This document shows positions 48,251 through 59,500 of a stretch of 64,000 nucleotides of DNA, in pieces; position 1 is the stretch's first letter, and every line of letters begins with the position of its first letter. A program made the translations under genes and the position numbers. Origin of the DNA: Microthyrium microscopicum (Eukaryota); the NCBI GenBank assembly GCA_010405405.1, contig MU004230.1, positions 3,831,119 to 3,895,118 on the forward strand, written 5' to 3'. A model generated the notes under the pieces. It saw only the letters and a list, made by a program, of their open reading frames with translations. It was not told the DNA's origin and did no database searches.

Positions 48251-50431
48251 GTTGGTGGTTGTCGGTGCTTGGATTGCTATATTGCCGCGCGTTGTATCGT
48301 GCGACACCGTCTATGGAGTTGACTCCTTTGACAGTGAACTCTGAGATTTATTCACAAATTCAGAGTCTTGTTCAGTCCACGTTCTGAGTGAAGTGGTGCT
48401 GATGGAAGGAACCGCGTGAAGTCACCACACCAACCAGATAGGCTGATAGCCGACGAAGGAAGGAGCAGGGGAGAAATTGGAAGCAAAGGAAAGAGCAGTC
48501 AACAACAAGTCTCGTCGCACCTGCCTACAGAATTGAGGGTACCGCCAGCTTTTGTAACCTCCAGTCTCTTGTCATGACACCAAACATTTCCCCTCTGCGG
48601 TCTTAGCCGTCAAGCAACCTGACAATTCTACCGCGGTCCCAGCAAAGAACGTTCTGCAGCGACTATAGCCGTTTTGCAACGACACACGACCAGGTCATCG
48701 TGGACCCGCGGCCGCCACAACGGACGGGGATCCCCATCTAGACACCTAATAGACGACTAGAAGCGAGTCCGGCCGTTCAAAATGCAGTCGACGCGCATGG
48801 CCTGCGACTGTGGAGAGAATTGGGACATTTCGCAGCGGGAACAGCAACGATTGTCAGCCAAGGGGTGAAGTTGTTGGTTACGATTGGATCGCCGAGGGTG
48901 CAAAGCTCCCTGTTCGCCGCATCCTCCCAGTGCCTTTGCCTCCTACCCCAGCTTTGTTGTGCATGCAGGCCAGGCTTATTGCAGTTTAAGGTCCGATGTT
49001 CTCTGCACGCTATTGCCGTCGAGTCGGTAGATAGCCAATGGAGAGCAGGGAAAGAGGCCAGTGACTTTTACACTGGCTTCGCATCGAAGAATTCCATCAG
49101 CAGTTCCAACTTCCATGGAATCCACTTTCCCCGCCAAATCCACCCACAAGCGCATTCTGTTTACTTCGTCAAATTTAGTGGCGTCCAGTCCGTTGAAAGA
49201 CTTGCACCAAAGAGGAAGTATTCCCTAACTTCTCTCCATCAATCTGATAGCGGACATGTTGATGGAAGCCATCTGATGCGCGAACCTTCACCAGGTATCT
49301 CAAGTGACCAGGGTGGGGTTTGGCGAACCTGGTGCACTTCGCACTCCTGGGTACATGAGTCTTGACGGTACAAGTTTTTCCTCCAGGAGCCAGCAACAAC
49401 ATAAGCGACGTTACGGCCAAGTTGTATTGCATTCACAATTGCATGCTAACAGTAAGCCACCAAACAATTGATGCCTTCATACAGAGAAACACTATCAATT
49501 GATGGTAGATGATGGGCTATCTAGTCATGATACCAATACGAAGTATTCTTTTGCGACGCCGTCAATACAATTGCCATGTTCATACGAACTCGATGTTTAG
49601 CATCCGCGGCATTATACTTCTTGCGCCTTTGCGTGCCGCCACTACCTTGTATCGAACGTTTGACCGTCTGGGCATATTTTAGCCTCGCATAATATATCCG
49701 TACACCATGATGACGCACCGATGATAGATCTGACGAGAGCCGTCAGATCTATCCCTCGCAACTCTATACTATGGAATTGACTTGATGCTCACGGTCAATC
49801 CTTTTAGCACTTGTTGAAACCATCCACGACTAAGCCTTACCTGCCAAGTCGAGCTTTACCTACATGAGTTGCAAACCATGTGTCGATCAGCGAGTTATAC
49901 GGAAATCAAGGAGTACGGGCCATAAACAACAAGGTCGCTCCATAACCGTGCTTGCACACGCATCAGTATGTTCGCTTTATAACCACCATAGGTTGGAAGA
50001 TAAAGGATTGATCTGACTACAGTACCTAGACTAGCCTATGATATGTTTCGAGTTCAACGACTCTTCTTAGAAACCGTATTTCGAGAGCTAACCTGAACAT
50101 CCAACGAAGAGAAGTACGTATCATACAGTTGGTTCTATTGCTACTAGTCATTCTGACTTTCCCACCTTCAACTCGCCCAAAGCGGCATCTCCACGCCCAA
50201 CATTTTCGCCTCAAATCAATGACAAGTTCCTGTATTTTCAATAGTACTACCTGCGCAACAAAATCATGTATTTGTAATATTTCTACATCAACTACAATGT
50301 GACTAAAAAAGAGTTCTAGAACCCAATTATTCAACAGCCCAAAGGTCTAATTCATAAACTACTAGTAACAAGTAACTGTACTTACGGCCGTCTACAAGTG
50401 GATCTCACACGATCACACCCACCCCGCTCTC

Positions 50432-50590
50432 TCAATCGATCTCTTGACAATACTTCTCCACCTCCTTTGCCAACGACGCCTTCTGCAAACTCACCAATCC
50501 AAGAATCTCATCCACACCGTCCAATCCATCACACACCGCCCCCGTTTCTTCCATCTGCTGCAACACGGCCTGTAGCTGATTTGGTAACCA
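50432..50590 (-). other. Orphan 3'-terminal exon (52 codons) of a gene with no visible upstream exons
   Basis: Branch GCTAAT (50613-50608) and TTTCTTTAG acceptor (50591), then open frame WLPNQLQAVLQQMEETGAVCDGLDGVDEILGLVSLQKASLAKEVEKYCQEID* ending in TGA 50434-50432. Confidence 0.55.
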
Positions 50591-51339
50591 CTAAAGAAAT
50601 CACTTGCATTAGCATCGCCTCTTCCAGACAATTGCGTTGTAAAGATAGCTCCCTCCCCTTCTAGAGGGATCGTAACACTCCGCGGTGAACTCAGAGTTCC
50701 AGGGGCGAGCTAATCCAAATGTGGCTAGGGTGGCGCTAGGGATTGTTGTGAAAATGAACCAATAAACCGTTGATCCTAAGCAGGTAAGGGATTATATAAT
50801 AAGCTTTTAGAATAACTATATAAGTAAGGATTATGTTATCAGAATAACGTTTCCCTAACGCTAGTAGGAGATTTACTTTATTATTTATAAGGTCCTAGAT
50901 TTACTATCTCTCTTACTATTAACTCTCTTAATCCCTCCTTCCCCTACTTACGCTATAACGTTATGTAAGTAAGTAATTCCTATTTCTATATATTTTTTAC
51001 TCTATTTCTAAGCTATTGCGTAATTTTTAGCGTTTTAAATAGGTTATATAATATTCTATAAGTCTATTTAGCCTATTTTACCTATTAGTAGCGACCTATA
51101 GCAATATTAAAAATTTAGCGTGCTAGTACGTATATATACGTACCCTAGTTTTAGTAACTTAAACTACTTAATTCTTACTTATTAGTTTTATTACTAGTTT
51201 TACTTAACTATTAGTTTTACTACGTTATAATATATTTACTAGTTTTCCTAATTAACGCCCTAGCTAGTTTTTATAATAATATACTTATTTATATAGTATC
51301 TATATTCCTTAGCTATTAGCATTTTTTAATGTTTTTTTA

Positions 51340-54300
51340 GTAAATTACTAGTTCTACTAACTTTCTTACTTAGCTGCCTAACTTTATTAATTATAAGCTA
51401 CTCTAATTATATTAAACTCTTTATTTTTACCCTACTTAATGCTAATTTCTCTAATTTTATTAGCCTTTATAACTAATAAGTTAATAATACTAAACCATAT
51501 AAACTAGCTCCTTGTAAAAAGCGTAATAAAACTACTACTATAGCTATACTTTCTATTAATTTAACTAGCATTGTTAGTAATTCTAGTAAAATAAGTAACT
51601 AAAGTAGTATTATTAATTAGCTTAATAATACTTATACTCCTATTAATAGTATATCTAACTACTCTTATAATAGCTCTACCTATAGTATTTTTAATTATTC
51701 TTATAACAACTCTACTTATAGTAATCCTAATTATTCTTATAATAACTCTACCTATAGTAATCCTAGTTATTTTTATAATAATTCTACTTACGGTAATTCT
51801 AGTTATTCTTACCCTAGCTCTTATAATAGTTATGTTAATATTAGTAAATCCTCTATTAATAAACCTACTAAATTGCGTACTTAGTCTAGTAAGTTTAATA
51901 ATATTCTTAGCTATTCTTACTATAACTCTACTAGATCTTATAGTATTTCTAAGCTAACTTTGCTTACTACTTTTAATACTAATAATAGTATTTTTAGTAA
52001 CTTATATAGTCTTACTCTTAGTAATATTAGTAACGTCTATAATTAGCCTTCTATTACTATTAATCTAGCTACTATTAACCCTACGCTACTTTTTATAATT
52101 ACTAGTTTAATAGCTATCTTTAGCCCTAGTAATACTAATAAACTTAGTAATACTCTTTACTAAAATAACTAACATTACTAATTCCTAGTAAATAAACTAG
52201 AAGAATCTTCTACTATTACTAGTAACACTAAGGACTCTACTAGTAATACTAAGGACGCTATGCTTACTAAAGTTCTTTAAGAAATTATAGATAAAGAAGC
52301 TAGCGAAACTAATACTAAAACTAATAGCAAAACTAGTAGTAAAACTAATAATAATACTAATAGCTAATCTAATAGTAAAACTAATAACGGAAATAGTACT
52401 AATAATACTAATAAATTGTATGTTCTTAATAATATAACTAAGGACGCTTCTCTACTTAGTAAAACTAATTCTAAGGCTACTACTCTAACTCTAATTCCTA
52501 GTGCTCTTAATGTTATTAAGGTTAATAAAACTAATAGCTCTTCTACTAATCTATAATTGCTAATAAATAGTCTAAATGGAAATATTAGCAATTCTTAAAT
52601 TTAAATCACTTTAGCTAATCTTATTACTATAGCTACTACTATACTTACTAGCGTACTTACTACTCCTTTAGGATTTACTATTTCTAGTATTATTGCTTTT
52701 AATCCTTAGGCCTTATTTAATCTATTATAAATAGTTAACTAGTCTAGTTTTCTTACTAATAGTTTTAGCTTATAAGATTTCTTATAAGCTACTATTAATG
52801 CTATAAATGCTAGTCTAACTACTTTAATAACTACTTTGCTTAGTGTACTTACTACTTTAAATTTAATAGCTAGTTTAACTACTAACTAGGCTAATCTCGT
52901 TATTGCTACTAATAGACCTAGTCTAATTGTTATTTAACCTATATCTATTAGTAATACTAACTCTTTTAATTAGACTATTACTTAAGCTAGTAACGTTAGT
53001 TATCTTAATAATTTAAGTTAAATTGTTACTTAAGGTATACCTAATAGCGTAACTACTAATCTTAGTACTAATAATAGTTTTTCTACTTATATTTTAACTA
53101 CTAGAGATATTACTATTACTATTCTAACTTTTAGTATTACTAATACTAATCTATTTGCTATAGCTAAGAGTAAACGTAAGGTAGTTAATAATAATAATTC
53201 TAATAATAGCAATCCTACTAAGGAAATTAGTAGCTACTAAAAGCTAAAGGCGTAGCGCTATTAAGCTAAATATATAAAGATACTAAAAAAACTAAAGATT
53301 ATAAATCGTATTATTAATTTTAGTTAATTTTACTACTATAAGTACTATACCTAGTAGTACTATATAATATATATTAATACTTAGTCCTACTAATAGTAAT
53401 GAGTAGCGCTTAGCGTAAGGCGATCTACTAAGAGTATAAGGTTAATAAAACTAATCCTATTGCTATACTAACTCTAAACTTAATAATTGCTTAGGCTTAA
53501 GTTGCTTAATATAGCTAAAAGTATAATAAGAAAGCACTAGAGAGAAAACTAACTATAGTATTTACCTTCCCTACCTTTATTAAAAAGTCGTTACTAATTT
53601 CTTAGTTTTATAGGAGAAAATCTATACTAACTTAAAAGCAACTCTATTATAAGACTTGCTACTTTTTCTATTATTACCTTTGCTAATCTTAGTTTTACTA
53701 TTAGTACTAAAGTTTTTAGAAGTATTAATTCTCTTACTTGCTATACTAGTTACTATACCTAGAGCTATGTAGGTTTTACTAATAGATTCCCTTTTATATA
53801 GCCTTTTTAATAAGTAGGTTTACTAATAGTCTATACCTAGTACTAGCTATTAGAAATTATAGCTAAAGCTAAATAGGCTTAAGGATAAAGAGGTTTTATT
53901 ATATAGATATCCTATTAATATAGGTTTTACTAATATACGCTTTATTCTTACTAATTATTAGTTAGGCTACTATATTAGAGTCTTATTATGTTTATAAAGG
54001 CCTCTTTAATAACTAACTCTTAGTAAGTCTATTATTAGCTTTGCTATAATCTTTACTAATTACAATTTTACTAGCGTAATTTATCTTAATAGAATAGTAT
54101 TTCTAACTCTTTTAGTAAATATAAGTAAGTTTTATTATTCTTTTTAATCCTTACTCATTATTTTTACTTAGTTTTTTTACTAATCTTTAGTTTAACTAAT
54201 AGTATCCTATTTGTTAAGTTCTTTAAGCTCTTCTTTAGTAAATTCTTAATAGAAAAAGTAAGTATTATTAGCTTTACTATTATGCTTACTAACATTAGTT

Positions 54301-54570
54301 TTAGCTATTAAATCTATACTTATACGTATAAGCTACTATTACCTAGTTAAAGGAGGAATTTTAAGGAAACTAGGACTATAAGTAATATTTTTTATCTAAA
54401 TAGTTAATTTTAATAGTATTAGGTACGTATATTAACTATAACGATCTTACTTCTCTTAGCCTAATTACCTCTACTATTACTACTAGCTCTACTTACTTTA
54501 CTAGCTTTACTAACTCTACTAACTCTACTAGCTCTACTAATTAACTAGCCTAGTAAGCCTTACTAACTAT
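51340..54570 (+). pseudogene. RIP-destroyed relic of an intron-containing gene for a low-complexity, probably nuclear protein
   Basis: Intron-like ends (TACTAAC...TTAG near 51373; GCTAAT...TTAG near 51463; GT...TACTAAT...TTAG near 53558-53605). Persistent codon periodicity, an in-frame 36-bp repeat, basic patches (KKR, KSKRK, KPK) and acidic and P/Q/H-rich tracts after reversing TA to CA/TG. Boundaries are approximate. Confidence 0.5.
51666..51809. repeat. Four tandem 36-bp units (12-codon repeat)
   Basis: Units start at 51666, 51702, 51738 and 51774. Consensus TATAATAACTCTACCTATAGTAATCCTAGTTATTCT. Confidence 0.9.
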
Positions 54571-54717
54571 TCCCTCCTATATATACTTTTCCTTTTCTTT
54601 ACCTTAATATTTCTCTTTATTTATAGTTTTTATAATAATAATACTTTATAATACTTTATAATACTCTATAATACTTATAATTCTGCTAGTTTTACTAGCC
54701 TTTTTAGTCTAAAAACT

Positions 54718-54990
54718 AGTTTAATTAATATACTATCTTTCTCTAGCTTAAACTCTAGTTTAATTATTATTTTTACTATTTTGTTAATTTACTAGTTTGA
54801 CTATCTTTATGTCTATCTATTTTCTAGTTAAACTCCTAATTTAACTATTCTTTTAGCCATTTTAGCTATTTTGTTAGTTTAACTATTATTAAAACTTTTT
54901 CTTTAGCTATTTTAGTTACCTCTCTAGTATAATTATTATTAAAATTATTTCTTTAGCTTATTTAGTTAAACTAATAGTTTAACTATTATT
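54718..54990. repeat. Degenerate minisatellite, about 7 copies of core AGTTTRACTATTATT at 37-50 bp spacing
   Basis: Cores near 54718, 54757, 54794, 54838, 54876, 54926 and 54976. The last three are spaced exactly 50 bp apart. Confidence 0.65.
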
Positions 54991-56533
54991 AGAACTCTTT
55001 TTTTTATTAGAATTCTAATAAAAGCGTTTATTTGTTTATTATATTAGTATATCTGATAGTACTAAGTCTTCTTTAGTTTTACTAGCATAATTTAGAAAAT
55101 TAAAAATACTAGAAAAAAGGGAATAAGTTTTATAATATTACTCTTATTAAGTAGGATTAGGCTTAGATTTTTAAGGACTAGTTATACTAGATTAGCGTAG
55201 TATAAGCTACTATAATAACTAGTATTACTATTAGTCTTAGGTCTATAGAAATTTAAGTTATACCTATTACTCTTTTGTGCCTAATGTCCTAGTTTTATTA
55301 ATATATTTTAGTAGTTTCGCTACTTTACTCTCTATCTTAAGTTATATAAAACAAACTCCCTAATAATATAGGTAAAGCTAGGAAAGCTAATCTTTTCTCT
55401 TGCTACTTACTATTTTGCTAATTTGTCTATAAAAAGAATTAACTAGTTTTACTATACTTATATATACTAGTAGCTATAGCGATTTCTAATTACGTTTCCC
55501 TTTTATAAAGAAACGTAAATATAGCTAAGAAGATAATACTTTCCTAGTACTACTAGGTTAGTTACTATTAAATTTACGGTTTACCTTCCTTATCTTCTAT
55601 AATATCTCTTATAGCCTAAACTAGTTCCTAATAGAATTATATTATAAGATTTACTCGTCCCTTAAATAGGTCTAATGTACGTTCTACTCTAAACATATTA
55701 GTAATGTAGTAAAATACCTATAGGTAAATATAGTTATACTATTTATTAATAGTAATTTAATTAGTAAGAGTACCTACTCTAGGCTTGTATTTAAATACTA
55801 TATAATTTATACTAAAGGATAAAAAATCTTTATATAGCTACTATAAAGGATAGTAAGCTAATTACTAGTTAGTATAGGAAAAAGGAAAGGAATTACTAAT
55901 TCTTACGATATATAGACTATAGTGCTATATTTACCTTAGCTTATTCTTCTATAATATTTTGTAGCTTAACAAAAGGTATAAATAGCTTTTAGTAAAGTTA
56001 GTTTTATTAGTAATAGTAATACTTATTTTTAACTATACTAGACTTACCTTATAAAGGGAAAATAAACTAAACTTAAACTACTATTCTTATATAATAAATT
56101 AACTAGTATTACTAGTAATAAGTAATTAAATCTAACCTTTAAATAATAATTAGTATAAATATACTAAGCTTGTATACTTTATAACCTATAAAGGTTAGTA
56201 AATAGACTAAGAGGAGTGCTAAGAGCTCTCTCTTTATCTATTTAGCGTAACTAAGTATATAGATCTAAGGCAACGTATTTATTAGTATCCTTATAACTAG
56301 TAAGCCCTATAGCTTTACTATAAGTAAGCTATATTTTAAGTAAAGCTTCCTAGAAACGTTAAGTAAGTATGTCTTTCTAAACAATATAGCTAGTAATCTA
56401 CCTTATAATTATAACTATAAGGTAAAGTAAAATATATATAGTAGGTATTAAGAAAGAGAAGTAGTATAAATAGGTTAAACTATAAATCTATTAGCTATTA
56501 TTAGTAAAGGAGAGAGAAAGAATAAGAATATAT

Positions 56534-59500
56534 TATAATAATTCCTCTTTATAGGCTTTATAGCAGTATTATAAGAGAGATCTTATTATAAGATCACGCG
56601 CTAGACCTAAGGAAGTTAGCACGCCTAAGGATCTACTAAGTAGACTTACTTCCCTTATAGATCTATAGCTCTTCTAGATCTTCTTCTCTCTCTCTTTTAT
56701 TTATAGATTCTAGAATACAATCTAATTATCTACTTACTTAAGTTCTATAGCTTATTATATAATCTATAAACTATTTAAATATTCGTACGCTTATACTACG
56801 CACCCTAGAATTTACTTCTAAAGAAGCGCCTATATAAATTAATATCTTACGCGCATAGTCTTAGACTCTATTAAAAATCTTTCGTAGATTTCACTAAATC
56901 TATTAGCTTTATTAACCTCTTATCTAATTAGAGCGTTAGGATTTCCTAATACTCTTAGACCTACTAATAGCCTAAGCGTTAATTGCCTCTTATCCTTAGT
57001 TCTATAGAATATTAAAGTTTGTCTTCTATACTACTACTAAATATCTATAATTATATTTAATATACTTACTATTAAAACGCATTAAATAAATAAGTATTCC
57101 CTCCTAGTATCCTTCTTTATTATTTATAACTATAACTAATAAGGCTTCTACCTAATAGACCTAAGTTAATAACTATATAGCCTACTTACTATCCCTAGTT
57201 ACTTATACTTAGCCTTATAATTAGCATTAATTCCTATTTTCTATATACTTATATAACCTATCTTTATTACGTTGCCCTTTTGCTATACGTACTAAGTATT
57301 AAAATAGACTTAATACTTAGGATATAGTATAACTAGATACTATCTAGAAAGTAGTAGATTTAGTAAAGAACGTCTTAAGACTATTAAAACCGCTAGAACT
57401 AAACTTAAGAGCGTTATTAAAAGATAAAGATAAGTTAAAAGATAATTATTTATTAGAATAAGGTTATAAAGACAAAGAGACTAAAGCGTTAGAAGATGCT
57501 CCTTAAAATACTAGTTAAATAACTTTACTAAACTAAATAAACATAAAAGATAACTAACTACTAGCTCCTTTTTAACCTAATAATAATACTAAACTTTTTC
57601 TTAAAATATATAAATAGCTAATAGAACTACGCTAATAAGCTAAAGGCTCTAGAGTACTACTTATATTAATATCTTACTATCTTATAGTAGTAGACCTTAA
57701 TTAACTAGTTACTTTAACTATTAATAAGAATTCTCTAATCTTTTAAGCTACTTAAGTATAAAAGATGCTTAGTAAAGAAGGCAATAAGCTAAAGGATATA
57801 GGAATATATCTTTATTATAAAGAAAAGTAATTAGATCTTCGTTACTATTCTTACTACCTAATTAAATTAGGTATAGATTTAGAATATCTATTAAAAGGAG
57901 AGCTTATATTAAACGACTTAGTTATATAGCTTTACGCCTTCCTATTAGCTTCTTAAACCGTAGCTTACCTCTTTAAAATTAAGTAGAATATAAATGCTTA
58001 TAATATAGACTTAATCTATACTTTCTAAGAAAAAGCTCTAAAAGCTTAGAGAAAGATATAGAACTTAGCTAAGACTAATAATAAATATATAAAATAGATT
58101 ATCTACCTTAAAGCACAAATCTAAGATAATACTATTACTCTTAAGGAAGTAGTAACTACTTACTAAAAGGTATAAAAACTATAATATAATAATAATCTAC
58201 TTAAGGAAGTACTTACTACCTATATTAATAAGATTAGTAAATATTACAAAGTTCTATAAGAGAAGGTAGATAAAGCTACTATCCTTTAAGCCTAAGTTAA
58301 CGCTCTCTAAAAGAAACCCTTAGCTACTAAGGCAACTAATTCCTATCTTAATTATAATAAGTTAGTAAATAATAATCTATTTCACTAGACCTTCTTAGCT
58401 TAAGATATAGACTAACCTAACTTAAATATGCCTCTAGGAGTACTAGACTTATATTAAACTACTCTCTTCTTTAATCTTAACTTAATTAATAGCGCTTTTC
58501 TCCTTAAAGTATAGAGCAATAAGCCTTTACTCTTCTTAAGAAAAAATAAGTAGAAGTACTATACTTAGAAAGGTAAAGTATTAGATTATCTTAATAATAA
58601 TATATAAGTCTATTTTATAAAAGCCTTTAAGATTTAAGTTATCTAAGAAGCAATAAAGGATTAAGCGTTTAGTACTATTAATAAGTAAAGTAATTATAAG
58701 TTAACTAACCTATATTTATTTATAGTAAAGATATAGTCTAATCTAGACTATAAGTATAGTATTAAAAATAGCTATATTATTACTAAAACTTAGCTTAAAA
58801 GTTAAGAAGCTATAATAAAGCCTACTAAGAAGCTTAAATAATTCCTAGCTTACTTCTTAGAAAACTTATAAAAAGCTAAGCTTAGTAATTAAGATAAGAT
58901 TATTAAAATACGTCTCCTTTTACTTCTAAAGTTCATAAAGAGAGTACTCTTTATAAAATTAAAAACATTTACTAACTTCCTTAAGAGCTTATATACTATT
59001 ACTCATTATATTAAATACGTCTTCTCTACTAATTTATAAAGCTATAATAATAATAATCATCTAGTAGCTAAGGGTAGTAAATAGAAACTAAAGTTTAACT
59101 ACCCTTTAGATATTTATAATGCCTTAAAGGCTAATAACTATTATATAAAGTATAAAGAAAAAAGCTATAGCTATTAATATAACTTAGCACTATATAAAGA
59201 TAAAGATACCCTTTTAGACGCCAAAATTTAACTAAAGGTTACTACTATTATTATAAAGTTTACTACTATCTACAATTAAATTATTACTTAATCTTCTTAG
59301 TCCTTAACTATAAAGAATAATTATAATAAGTACAATTATAGTAACGATATAAAAAACTAAAAGCTCTTCTATAAAGATACGTAAAGGAGCTAAATAAGTA
59401 AAAAGCGCATAATTAGCAACAAAAAAAGAAGGAACCTAACCCTAAGCTAGTTCTCTCTAAAAAATAAATCTAATATAAGATTAATAAGACTATCTAGCGC

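Noticed and set aside
50608..50793. About 60-codon open minus frame (SLTCLGSTVYWFIF...WKRRC) that looks like a small secreted protein
   Set aside because: No start codon, and it overlaps the intron signals of the orphan exon; likely chance.
50671..50965. Possible solo LTR (CGTAACA...CGTTATG)
   Set aside because: No TG...CA pair with a matching target-site duplication and no second copy in the window.
51666..51809. 36-bp repeats as a CRISPR array
   Set aside because: Units are contiguous with no unique spacers, length is a multiple of 3, context is eukaryotic and there are no cas genes.
52364..52591. 75-aa Leu-rich minus ORF in the AT block
   Set aside because: Artefact of TA-rich RIP-mutated sequence, antisense to the relic gene.
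54840..55020. Minus-strand 'DDSQT' peptide repeats after deRIP
   Set aside because: The 50-bp period breaks the reading frame, so it is treated as a non-coding minisatellite.
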